64,000 nt of DNA, from contig NC_086103.1 of the NCBI RefSeq assembly GCF_963921235.1, forward strand, positions 46,500,001 to 46,564,000. The letters run 5' to 3'. Below the pieces are notes generated by a model, which saw only the letters and a list, made by a program, of their open reading frames with translations, ran no database searches and had not been told where the DNA came from. Each line of letters opens with the position of its first letter. Position 1 is the stretch's first letter. The position numbers and the translations under genes are program-made. Of this stretch, positions 12,761 through 53,900 are shown one piece after another. Source of the stretch: Mobula hypostoma (lineage: Eukaryota).

Positions 12761-13513
12761 TATTTAAAATTATGAGAAGCAAAGATCTGTTCATAAAGGT
12801 GTCCAAAGTTAGACAGCATAGATTTAAGGTGAGAGGGAGGAAATTTAAAGGGTTATTGAGGGATTTTTTCACTCAAAAACTAATTGGTATCTGAAATAAG
12901 CAGCCAGAGGAGGAACAGTAACAACATTTAGCAAGAATTTTCATTGGTGCACAAATGAGTAGGAAATGGGGCACAGAGTGGTGCAGAATTAAGACAGGAC
13001 TGATGATTGACATGAAGGGTCTGTTTCTCTACTGTATAATTCTAGGAGAGACAAGTATTCAACAATTCACATTTCAAGCTTCCCTTGCCACCTAAATTCT
13101 GAAAAGTCAGACTTTTCCTCTTTTACTCACCCTTTTTTGCGGCATTTCATAGAATTCTACACCATACAGACCGACTTTTCAAAATAAAAAAGGCACAGGA
13201 GGAGGAGCTGATACAAGACCAAATACTAAAATCCTACCAATATTTCCTCTTGTCACATGTGATTGGAATGACAAACTTTTAAGACTTACACTACCTTATA
13301 ATCTTTATGGGAAAATTGCATTTCTTGAATTTATCTATCCAGAAATAACATGCATTGATATTGAAATAACTTAGTTCAGAAATGTAAATGAATATAACAT
13401 GCAAATAATATTGAGATGTAAATGTAGATTCGCACTACATTTTTATGGTAATTTGATGAATGTGGCTTATGAGGAAAAATATAAAAATACACAGTGTTTT
13501 TGAAGACCACAGT

Positions 13514-13519
13514 TTTATT
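13514..13519 (-). terminator. Candidate distal polyadenylation signal
   Basis: AATAAA on the minus strand, with CACTGTGTATTTTTATATTTTT about 20-45 nt downstream. Confidence 0.55.
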
Positions 13520-15301
13520 TGCATTCACATGTGAATCCTCTGTAGTGAGGCTCTTAGGTAAAATTGCTTTTGGAAAAACCTTCAGATTTATCTTAAACCA
13601 TTCTATATCCTGGAGCAGTTGACGTTAGCTGATCATAATAGTTCCTTTAAAAACAAAGTAATCTATAAAAATCTTTTCTTAAAAAAAACAAAAAGCAGAA
13701 CTGTTGTCAGTACAAAAAAAAGCACCATCTAATGTCAAACTTGAAATCAAAATTAAAAATCCAGCATGAATGTCAATTGGCAACAATCTTTATATACAAG
13801 ATCTCTTATTGCACAAACACCGTGTAACAGGCAGACGATGGAACATAGCCGGTTAGGTTGCAAGTACATTTTCAAGTAACTACTTTAAAAGCACTTGTAA
13901 CATTAACAGCTTCAGGATACCAGTACTTAACAGCAGCCCCTTCTGTCAACATTATGCTTAACTCAATGGAAATGAAACAGAGCATTAACAGAAAAACACT
14001 TTGCAAATATCAGGCCTTGACGCTGCTCATCTGACAATTATAACAGAAAAAACATGGCAGTCCACAGAATTCACAACTCAATTTGTACATTGTATTATGT
14101 AGCAGGGGGCCTGAAATTGACAAAACATTGATACTGATTTTATTTAGCTCTGGTTTAGCGTCAAGCCCTGATGCACACTGAGATCAAACATATACATATA
14201 CACCTATAGTGGCTACAAACAGTTAAAAGCTTTACACCTATCTTTCTCCAATCTTAATACAATCATTCTAAACAGTTTAAGGAAATCAAATTTTTGTGCA
14301 AACCACCTTCATGTGCAGTTTGTGCAATCTTGCATGAGGCTTAGGCACCCAATGATTATAAACAAACATGCTTAAAGATGCAATTATTTCAATTCATCAT
14401 AACATTGCCTCTAAGACACATTACTCCTCAAACAGACACAAAACTGTAAAGCCCCAAAATCATTCCAGGTGAGCAGTTGAGTTCTAGCAAATTTTAAATA
14501 CTTCATAAATGCAAACACGGAACAAATGTGATACAAGTTTTTTAAACAAAGAATTTGGATATGGAAATGTGAAATAGAAGAACTCAGTATTTTACATGCA
14601 ATTTCTATAGAAAATTAATATATAACAAATGAGCAAGATACCAAAAGTCAGACCTAGCATACGTGACAAGGCAACATCAATATTTTCCATTAAATGTTAA
14701 ATGCCACAGTATCTTAAATTTCTCCACAGATGTGGCACATTTAGGAAGTATTTCCAGCTTCCACTTAATTTGATTAATTTATTTTGGGAAGGGTTTGTAT
14801 TATATGCTAATCAAACCACAGTTATGTTGCTGAGGCAAGACACCATTCATTTAAAACTAATCCATCTAATGACAATTGAATTTCAGTTGAAAGATGACTT
14901 ATCTCCACTCAGCTTTAATTTGTCAATTAAACAGAACTACTAGTAATTGGAGGTAAAATTATTTTTCTATTAACTATACATAATCCAAAAATAAGTTACT
15001 AAAACAATTTCAAATGTTTTGATAAAACAAGGCACTATTTCATTAGTCTTACAGAGAGAATTTTTAAAAATCTCATTTCAGTACTACCTTGCAACTAAAG
15101 CTAGATTGTAAAACATTAGTACTACTGTATCATCATCGTTAAATTTTCCCCATGAAACAAGAATTTTAATATCAAAAGTGAAGGTTAACTACATCTTAAA
15201 AAGGAAATAAACACATTTATGTCAAAACCCAGGTGGGCCTGGCTTAAATTATCAGGAAATTTGCAGTGATATACTGTAAATAAGTGGGTGGGAGGGTGGA
15301 G

Positions 15302-15662
15302 ATATGTCTCTACCAAAAGAGGTGTAAGGTGCTTCTTTCCTCTGCTAGCCTGCAGGTCACCCTTGGGCAAGGTGAGACACCTGCTTAGCTCCCCGATCAG
15401 GGTCATGTGAAGCCATGGGAGCAGGTGGTAGATGGTCGTATGAGCAGCTGCTGCATATCACAAGTCCTGATTATGTGATCACTGATGCCAAGAAGACAAT
15501 CTCTGAGGAGTATTGACAATGGCTAGGGTCACCTATCTTGCAAGGACACTGACCAGAAGGCAGCAATGGCAAACCACTTCTGTAGAAAAATTTGCCAAGA
15601 ACAATCATGGTCATGGAAAGACCATGATCACCCATGTCATACAATGTGGCACATGATGATGA
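15302..15662 (+). mobile_element. RTE-related SINE inside the putative 3' UTR, antisense to MAPK9
   Basis: AGCAATGGCAAACCACTTCTG resembles the RTE/Bov-A-type motif; ATGATGATGA tail. Confidence 0.65.
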
Positions 15663-18488
15663 CTGTAAATAAAGGTGATGGAACTTTGTTACAACAAACA
15701 TTCCTGGGCAATATTTCATTGTTAGTATTGAAAATTATCCTTAGACAATATAATGCAAAGCTTAAAAATTAAAGACTTGCAGGAAAAAAAATCAAACAAT
15801 TTCCATTATACAAGCCACAGTTCAAATTAATTGTGTCTTTACTATGAAGCAAGGTTTTAAACATTGAGTTTAACCATCCTAGTCCACTGCACAGAAAAAT
15901 TAATTTGCAAACTGATGTGTGCAACAACTTATAAAATCTACTTTGGTTGGAGTTTATTTACTACATGAACCTACTGCTCCATCTTTAATTCAAAGCATTT
16001 TGTGTTTTGGGCTTATCAACGAAACGTCAAAGAAGGAGGGTGCCCACCTGATGACCCCGATGACGTACCTACTCTCCCTCCTTGTCACCACTCCAAGCCC
16101 ACTACCAACATGGAGAGTGCCAACTTACCATAGGGATTGAAACATCAAGTCCTAGTAGCTCTACTAAGAGCTGCACTTTGTTCAAAGATGAATGTACTGC
16201 AGCTAATTTAGATCTTCAATCCGACTCCTCTGATGACAAGGCCATGTATAAGTCTCTCTTATTTACCTAAACTTCAAATTCTATTGCTCATAAGTTCAGC
16301 ATCAGCTGAAGTTTTACTGGTAAAGAGTAGGTAGGAGGGGAAACCCTAATCTGAAATGGTTCGAACTCTTCTCTCCCCCTTATGAATTCCAGGACAATTT
16401 AAGAGATTAAAAACCAAAAATAATATTGGTCAGATAAATTTGTTTATTCCAACATCTACAAGGAAAATACACGATCAAAGGTTTCCATTTATTCCAGGAA
16501 ATGCATGTCTGCCTACATATTCCTGACATCTTGCCATACTAAGGCAAGAGGAGATGTCAGGGTGGAGCATGAAGTGAAGTATCTACATTCAAAGGAAGAA
16601 TTGCTTACTTTTTCAATTATAGCACTACTTACCACAATACCAAAAACAACAGAATTCAGCACCAGGGATGGCTACAGATTTGAGTCAATCCACTCCAAAC
16701 GGGTAGGAATCTGAAACAGTATAATCCCTAGGCACAAAATATCCTAAAAAACTTGGCTTCAGGATATTCAAATAGACAAAACACAGTGCTAGAGGGCACT
16801 TGGCAATTCGACCTTGCTCTTTCCAAGTGCCAAACCAGTAATTTTCAAGCCATGGGTTCTTGGCCGCACAAAGCACACAGAGAATGCCGAATTATTCAAA
16901 TACTATCTGCACCATCTAGAACAAAACATCAGTTATTATTTATATTGAAATTAACAATTCTATTTAACATGTTATAAAATTTATGTCTAGATTTAGCTTA
17001 ATTTCAACTTTTACCTTCAACTGACAAAACCAGCTTGTAATAATAGCCAAAAACCAAAAACATCTTCATGACAATCTTTCTTCAATAACTTGCTATTCCA
17101 CTCTTTCAGTTTGCAGTTACCGTCTGGTAGAAGACCACAATTTTGTTCAAGTAACATACAAGGGCAGGCCTTACATTAAACAACAGATACTTGCATCAAC
17201 AGAACTATTCAAATTTAAAAGAAATCTACACTCCAACAAAAGAGATAGGGATGACTTCCTCTGTACATAATATATTCAGAAATCTGATAAATTTATAAAG
17301 TTTAGTGTACAATTTTGCTACAGATCTTGGAAGAAATTTTGCCTATACATTCCATAATAATGCAATCATGATTTTTTTTTGGTTTGAATTATTTAATTTT
17401 ACCAGCAAGTTGAAATTCTTGCCACTAGTGCAGTTTTAAAAAGGCATACTGGTTAGTTGTTGCCGCTTAAGTTTAAGGCAATGGATTTTATCTACAATTT
17501 ATTCTGGACTAAATGGATTTACTCTAGTGGGATACACAATAAGTATTCTAAACAAAAGTTTTTCATAACCTTTGGCTTATTCTCCAAGCAATGAAAACTT
17601 TACAAGGCACATTAAATGTTAATATTGGGTTTATATTTCTATGAATTCGTTTTGAAAAATCCCAAATGAACTCATTTCAAAAACCCGCATTTCAACATTT
17701 TCAAATGGCTACAGCAATGTTCCTCCACAACAGGGAAATCATTATTATAACTCCATGCAATTCGTTAACACGTAGTAATTTAGAAGCTATTTTCTCTCCC
17801 CCCCACCCCCCACCTTTAAACTACAGACATGAAGCTGAGTTCTGTTCTTCTTGGTCATCTTGGACAATCCATTTTGCCTAACAATTACAATTACTCTAAT
17901 CTAGCCAATGAAAAGTTAAAAGCTCAGACCAACATCATACAAAAACTTTTATCTTGCTTCCTACTACCAGAAATAATTGCCTACATGCCTAAATAATTAA
18001 CGTGATAGATCTGAAATGCACAACATTGCATCTTTAGATCTCATTAATATACCAGTAACATACTGAACATGTGAAGAAATGATTAGAAAATATGAAGGGC
18101 TGCTAGTTGTTTCCTTTACATACTTTTGGAATGTACTTAAATCTTAAACAAATGTGTGAGATCATGAGGACGAAGTGTTAGCATATTTTGCACAAGTTTA
18201 TATTCTTCTTATTTTTCCCACATCTGCTCATCTGAATTTGGGGCTAATAGCAGTTTGCACAAATATACATTGCATTATAAATTTCCTTTTCAAATTTTAC
18301 AAGACTTATTTGTAACCAAAACCAGGCAATCATACAGTAAAGCACAGGCATTATGTTTGTGGTACATGCAACACATATGTATATATAATCATTGTAATGG
18401 GGTTTCATTAAATTAAAAGCAACTCAAGCCAAGAATAACAGTTGTAGTTACTTTCTGATAATGCTCATTTTTGAAGTCAGTAGGCTGA

Positions 18489-47232
<28,744 letters not shown>

Positions 47233-47971
47233 TTATCACTCAGTTCTGGAAAAAAAACCAAACTCAGCTATAAGGATTGGATGCCAATATGATAATTGAA
47301 TTTAAACAGTAAAATTAATTTTTTGAATGAAAAATAAGTATCTATCTGCAATTGATAAACAATTACCTAGTCCAATTATTAGCAAGACCCTTACTGAGAA
47401 ATCCTGTTTTAATAGGATACAATGATTGAGCAAAATTATCACCATGCTTGATCAACCACCTTCTCAGTTGATTGTACCAAAAGTATATTCTACTCTGCAT
47501 TGTTCCCCTCCCCCATACCCATCCTCAACATTAGCTAAACACATTGATAAAGGCTGGTGCAGCAGTATGGAGAGTTGATGTTTGTCCAGTGCAAATGGAA
47601 TACAGTATCCTACTGCCAGTCACATCTTCCCCTTTTGTGCTCCACAGGATCCACTCAATGATTGCCTAGTTCATGACCAAGATTGGTTGGGCATTGCCTT
47701 TGCAGCTACTTCACTCTGGTACACACAAATTGGTTTAAAGTGAATTTACACCAACCAAAAGAATTTCAAAATAGTTCATTTTTCATTTGGTGTCAAAGAG
47801 ACAATGAATAAGAAGCAGCAAAGAAAACTTGGCAATCATTTACATTGAGCTAGAGGCTGATGCTTTGCTTATTCCTAACACTATGAAGGTGATGAGTATG
47901 TCCATCAGCCATCTCTGATTTGTCAGCACAAGTAGCAGATTAACTTAGGAAATGGATAGGTACAGTAATGT

Positions 47972-48100
47972 TAAACAAGAGAACATCGGCAGATGCTGGA
48001 AGTCCAAAGCAACACACACAAAATGCTGGAGGAACTCAGCAGGCCAGGCAGCATCTATGGAAAAGAGTAAAATCAACATTTTGGGCCTGGACCCTGGACT
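47972..48100 (-). mobile_element. Truncated Penelope-derived repeat (family of the 5080 and 25500 copies)
   Basis: GCAGATGCTGG...AAATGCTGGAGGAACTCAGCAGGCCAGGCAGCATCTATGGAAA. Confidence 0.7.
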
Positions 48101-50923
48101 GGCTTTAGATTGTCACAAACATAAACTGGTTCACAGCATGCTTCAAGTCTGTGCTGTAGTCCATCACATGCTAGCAAACTATTACACAAACCAAAAGCAA
48201 TAAATGCATCTTACCAATAGAAGTAATAGCTAGAGAATAAACATGTTTAAAAAGTTTGTACCGTTGAGAACTTTAAGGAAGAAACAACTTATTTTCTGCA
48301 ACATTTTAAAATGACCTTTGTGACTTCAAATCAAAAGTGTCTTAGCTTTACAAAGCTACTTGTGCCTGACAGCAAACCAAATCATGAACAGGGTCATGCT
48401 TCTCACATAAGCTAAGTAGCCCATTCTTGTCTTTATTAAAGCTTAACTGACATCATATCTGGTAACATGCTGCAAAACTGCAGCAGTCCTCTTGGATACA
48501 TATACTGTATTGATGTTGCTCAACTGGAACCCTGCCCCTGCACACTGGCTGCTCATCACAAACTTGGAAATGGTGCACCATACTCATGAGTGGAAAGGTT
48601 GAAACTATAGAGGTTACACACAAGTAAAAATAACCTATAAAAAACTAAATAGTTCTTATAAAAACAGGGAAATTCACTAGCTTTACAGCTGCACATCTTT
48701 AGAAATGTGATAGGAATGTCATATCATTTCATGTGTCACACAGTGCTATCACATTTTCAAGGCAGATTATTTACTAATACATTGTCAGCTATCATTCAGC
48801 TATGAATGACAAAATTAATTCCAGTAAACTATAAATGACTATTGGACATACAATAGTTACTGAAGAAAAAGGAAAGGATAACTGCAACAAGAATATTAGG
48901 AACTAACCATTTCACAGCGAACTATGTCATATCCCTCAAAAGGCTTCAGCACCTCAAACAGCAGGTTTGAAATTCATGTTTTCTTGACAGCTACGATTTC
49001 TTATTAAAAAAGATAAAAGATCTTATGCAGACAGTTCTTTCATGCATCTCAAGTGACAACTCTATGATCATCAACACAATTAGCAGGTTAACTCAATAAA
49101 TAGAAAGATATTGTTACCTCATAACAGCAAAAGCTTAAAAAAATCCTTTCATAATTAGGTCAATGGTGAAGACATATGAAACATCTTTTATAATCCAATT
49201 CCAAGCTGCTTCACTTCTTCTAAAGTTAACTGTGGTATTTTTAATTTTTTTCTTGGATAAATTACCTCAGATTTTCCTTTAAAAATCTAACATTGACAGC
49301 TTACTAAAGGCTACAGCACAGCAAGAAAACCTGCTTTCCTCATCCTTATACACTTGCTGTCCACAACACCTGCCCATTTAGTTCTCTGAACTGCACATTC
49401 TTCTATTTGTCTTTTCATCTGTACTATCACAACCTCCCCAGAAGCATAAACTTCCTTCCAAACAGTGACCCAAACCCACCAACTGTTCACTTGGTACAGT
49501 TACAAAACTGAGATTTTCTACTCCAAATAATTTTCTACATAGTCCTGGTTTCCAGGATGTCAAATTATCTTCAGTCAGATTCTACACTTGTGGAGAAGTA
49601 ATCCGCCATAAAGTTTCACTTGCTGGAGCTCAAGCATTTTACACAAAAACTCTGAAAAAGAATGTTTACCATCACTTATGGTGAACACATTCCATCCTTA
49701 CTGTATAATAAATACTTAACAACTGCGACAGGACTCCATACTTGTTTCAACCAGATTATCCCACAAACTGGCTTTCATAAGTCTTAACATACACCCTGAC
49801 AGTAGATTATTGCCTCTACGCAAGCCTTGGCCCACAGCCCTCTGAAAGCTTTTGAAAATTCAATTAGTATAGATGAATTATCAGATGCTGATTAAATTCT
49901 AAATATGAGCCTCAAGGAATAAAACATGGATGCAACAATGAGTTCAAATTCTCAGACACTTAAAAGTGATACATTAATAAAGCTGGAAAAAAAATGGAAT
50001 CCCATGTCTTAACCAGATGCTTAGAAGGAAAAAATGAAGCAGTTTGAATTATAAATTAAGCTTCAATTAAGATAATCCTAATTCAAGAATATTACCAAAG
50101 CCTAAGAAGGCACAAAGAAGATTTGACATTAGAAATAATTGGGGCTGTCTTCATTAAAACATCAGTTATAAAGAATAAGCTTCACTAAAAGCAACGTTAG
50201 GGAGTGAGATTGGGAAATTCAACAGCTGCTGCAACCCAAACTGATCCAAGTCACAAACTTTGAAAATTATTCTAACTAAATTTTTCAGAAAAAGCAAAAA
50301 TAACCTAAAAATACAAATAGTTACGTCATGCCCTCAGCAGTTAACATACATTTAAATGAATGAAGAAAGTCCTGCATTATCCAATAAATCCACAGTTATC
50401 CAAAAGGATTCTTCACCTTAAGTATTGTGGAATTTCCACACATTCACTCTGTCATGCTGGTCAATAAGGACTCTAAAACCAAAGCACTTTCAAAGAAACA
50501 CCAACCAGCAGCAAGGAGAAGCCTAGGGCCTTATGCATGCAACAGCTGAGATGCAGAACCTCTTGGCAATTACTGGGAACCATCAGCATTTCTCCCATAA
50601 ATGCTAAACCAAGGGGAAGATAAATTGTTAAATATGTAGTGATTGGTCAAACAAGACATAGGAATTTAATGAAATCAGCCATTGAGAGTTGCCTTTGAAA
50701 TCTTTTTCTTATCATTCATCTTTATAAAGTTCATAGATTACACACATCAAGATTTCCAAAGTGTTCAAAGACCTCAAACCTTCAGATCTTTCAGTTGCCT
50801 TATTAAAAAATTACCCAAAGTGCTGCCTAGATAAAATGGATGGAAGAAACTTAAACAATGGGCTCACTGTCTCAGAATAAAGGTACCAGGATGACAAAAA
50901 ATGTCTTCAAACAGAGATCGGTG

Positions 50924-53900
50924 AAGTTCCGGTGACCTCATCGTTCAGAATGGCAGCTTAAATCAACAGCTCCTCTGGAAAAACGCATATTTTGCCCCGT
51001 TAATCCATGAAGTACAAGATCTTTCGAAAATATCTGAATTGATAACGGGGGCAAGAATGGGGAGAAAGAATGAAGATAAAAAAGCATCACTGCAGAGCCT
51101 ATGGAAGAGAGAGTACAGTGCACGGCTCTCCTACACGTGTGCGTGGCGGCGAAGCTGATGATGGGCCTCGTGCAGGCGAAGTGGCAAATATGATAAGGAT
51201 TCTGGAAGAGATAAGAGAAGTCCAAAAAGATATAAAGCAGCAACTCAATGATATAAAGTCAGAGCTCGCCAACATCAATCAGAAAATAGTGGTGGCAGAG
51301 ACTCCAATTGAGAAGGTGGAAGATCGTGTGCAAAACATGGAACAGATACTAAGTAAGATGATAAAAATATTAAATCAACAGGAAATTAAATTGCTTGACC
51401 AGGAGAAAAGATCGCGACGAAAAAATATCAGGATTTATAATGTTCTCGAAGGAGCGGAGGAATTGTCAATGATGGACTTTGTAGATAAGCTGCTGTGGGA
51501 AGCGCTGGAGATTCCCCAGACTATAGAGATTGCAATTGAGAGGGCACATCGTTCGCTCGTCCAGCGGCCTTCCGGAGACAAAGTAAACCGCGCTCAATAG
51601 TACTTAAATTCCTTCGATTCAAGAGCAAGGTGGAGATTCTACAAAGGGCCTGGGGTAAGAAGAGGGTTTTTTGGAATGGGAAGTTAATATACTTCGATCA
51701 TGATTATCCCCCAGCGGTCCTATAGAAATGGAAGGAATATTCCGAAGTGAAACGAATATTAAAGCAAGAAAAGATTACATTCCAAACCAAACCCCGTACC
51801 CTGCCAAACTGAGGGTATTTTACCAAGAAGGGATGCAACTGTACCAGATGGCAGAGGAGCCGACTACAGGCATGAACAACAGAGGACTGTCCATTAGCGT
51901 GGTCAAACCCAGGGAAAGTCTGGCTGAGCAGTTGTCCCGAGCTGCTTGGGAAATAGTAAGAGAACCTAGAAAGCAGGGGACGGGAGCAGGATGAGAGAAG
52001 GATATTAGGAAGAGACTGTCAGTTCTCCGAGGGCAGCCCTCACCTCCTCCAGAAGAGCCATAAGGTTTGGCTAACTTTAAAAGTGCTGATAAACTAAATG
52101 GAAGCAAAAATAGCTGGTGATATACGTATCTTGAGAAATACGTGTTATAATTTGAATTTTATATTACTCAATTTTTAAAAAATTCATTTATTCGTTCCTT
52201 TTCCCCCACCTAAATGAGAATATATACATGGGAGGAATACACAGGGAAATCATTTCTGTGTAATGGACATAGTTTTCTTTACTTACTTTTATAGGTATTA
52301 ATGGGGGCCCTCAACCCACAGGTAGGAGGGGCTATCCCCCACGGCTAGACTTTTCTTCTAGCCCAACCCGGGTCAACTAGAGACCCCAGCCTTGGAATCA
52401 CACCTTTGTTACCTTTTTTTTATTATTTGCGTTTCTTGGCTCTTATTTGTTCAGGGAGTAGAACGATTAAGTTAATTCTGCAAATTTCAATGATATACTA
52501 ACAGATAAATACACATGGCTAAGGACAAAGTAAATTCATTTCTTTTAATGTCAATGGGCTGTTGAATCCAGTCAAGCACAGTAAAATTCTATCAAAAATG
52601 AAGAAAGATCAAGCCCATGTAGTATATTTACAGGAAACTCACTTAAGTGTTAATGAGCATGGAAAATTAAAGAGAATGGGCTTCACTAATTTGTTTCTCT
52701 CCTCATATAAATCAGGACATAGAAGAGGAGTTGCTATTCTCATCTCAAGTAAGCTAAATTTTGAGAAAGTATTCGAAATGGGAGATAAGGAGGGCAGATA
52801 CATTCTGGTAAGGGGGAATATAGATGGAAATCCAGTTACTTTATTGAATATATATGCACCCCCAGGAAGTGATATTAGTTTCTTCCAGAAAATTACTAAT
52901 ATTATGGTAACGGAAACAGAAGGTCTCTTGATATGTGGGGGAGACTTAAGTTTACAATTACAACCAAAGTTAGACTCTTCTAATAGAAAAACTTATGGAA
53001 CAAAGTCCTTGTATAAGAAAGTTAACACTCTTTTTGAGAATGTTGGTCTAATTGATATATGGAGGGACCTTTTCCCCGACAGAAGGGATTACACTCATTA
53101 TTCTGCCCCCCATTCCGTATATACAAGAATAGACTATTTCATAACATTTGGAAAAGATAAGACACAAAATAATCACCTGTGGAATTGGGACAATAGATAG
53201 AAACATAGAAACATAGAAAATAGGTGCAGGAGTAGGCCATTCGGCCCTTCGAGCCTGCACCGCCATTTATTATGATCATGGCTGATCATCCAACTCAGAA
53301 CCCAGCCTTCCCTCCATACCCCCTGACCCCTGTAGCCACAAGGCCATATCTAACTCCCTCTTAAACATAGCCAATGAACTGGCCTCAACAGTTTGCTGTG
53401 GCAGAGAATTCCACAGATTCACCACCCTCTGTGTGAAGAAGTTTTTCCTAATCTCGGTCCTAAAAGGCTTCCCCTCTATCCTCAAACTGTGACCCCTCGT
53501 TCTGGACCTCCCCAACATCGGGAACAATCTTCCCGCATCTAGCCTGTCCAATCCCTTTAGGATCTTATACGTTTCAATCAGATCCCCCCTCAATCTTCTA
53601 AATTCCAACGAGTACAAGCCCAGTTCATCCAGTCTTTCTTCATATGAAAGACCTGCCATCCCAGGAATCAATCTGGTGAACCTTCTTTGTACTCCCTCTA
53701 TGGCAAAGATGTCTTTCCTCAGATTAGGTGACCAAAACTGCACACAATACTCCAGGTGTGGTCTCACCAAGGCCTTGTACAACTGCAGTAGTACCTCCCT
53801 GCTCCTGTACTCGAATCCTCTCGCTATAAATGCCAGCATACCGTTCGCCTTTTTCACCGCCTGCTGTACCTGCATGCCCACTTTCAATGACTGGTGTATA

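Larger units (their letters stand above)
13495..18488 (-). other. MAPK9: Probable long MAPK9 3' UTR (about 5 kb)
   Basis: AT-rich, almost repeat-free stretch after the stop codon; AATAAA at 13514-13519 followed by a GU/U-rich element; other AATAAA at 14138 and 16443. Confidence 0.55.

Noticed and set aside
16010-16065. GAAACGTC (16021) and CTGATGA (16048) in permuted order, resembling a type II hammerhead
   Set aside because: Neither stem I nor stem II can pair; probably coincidental.
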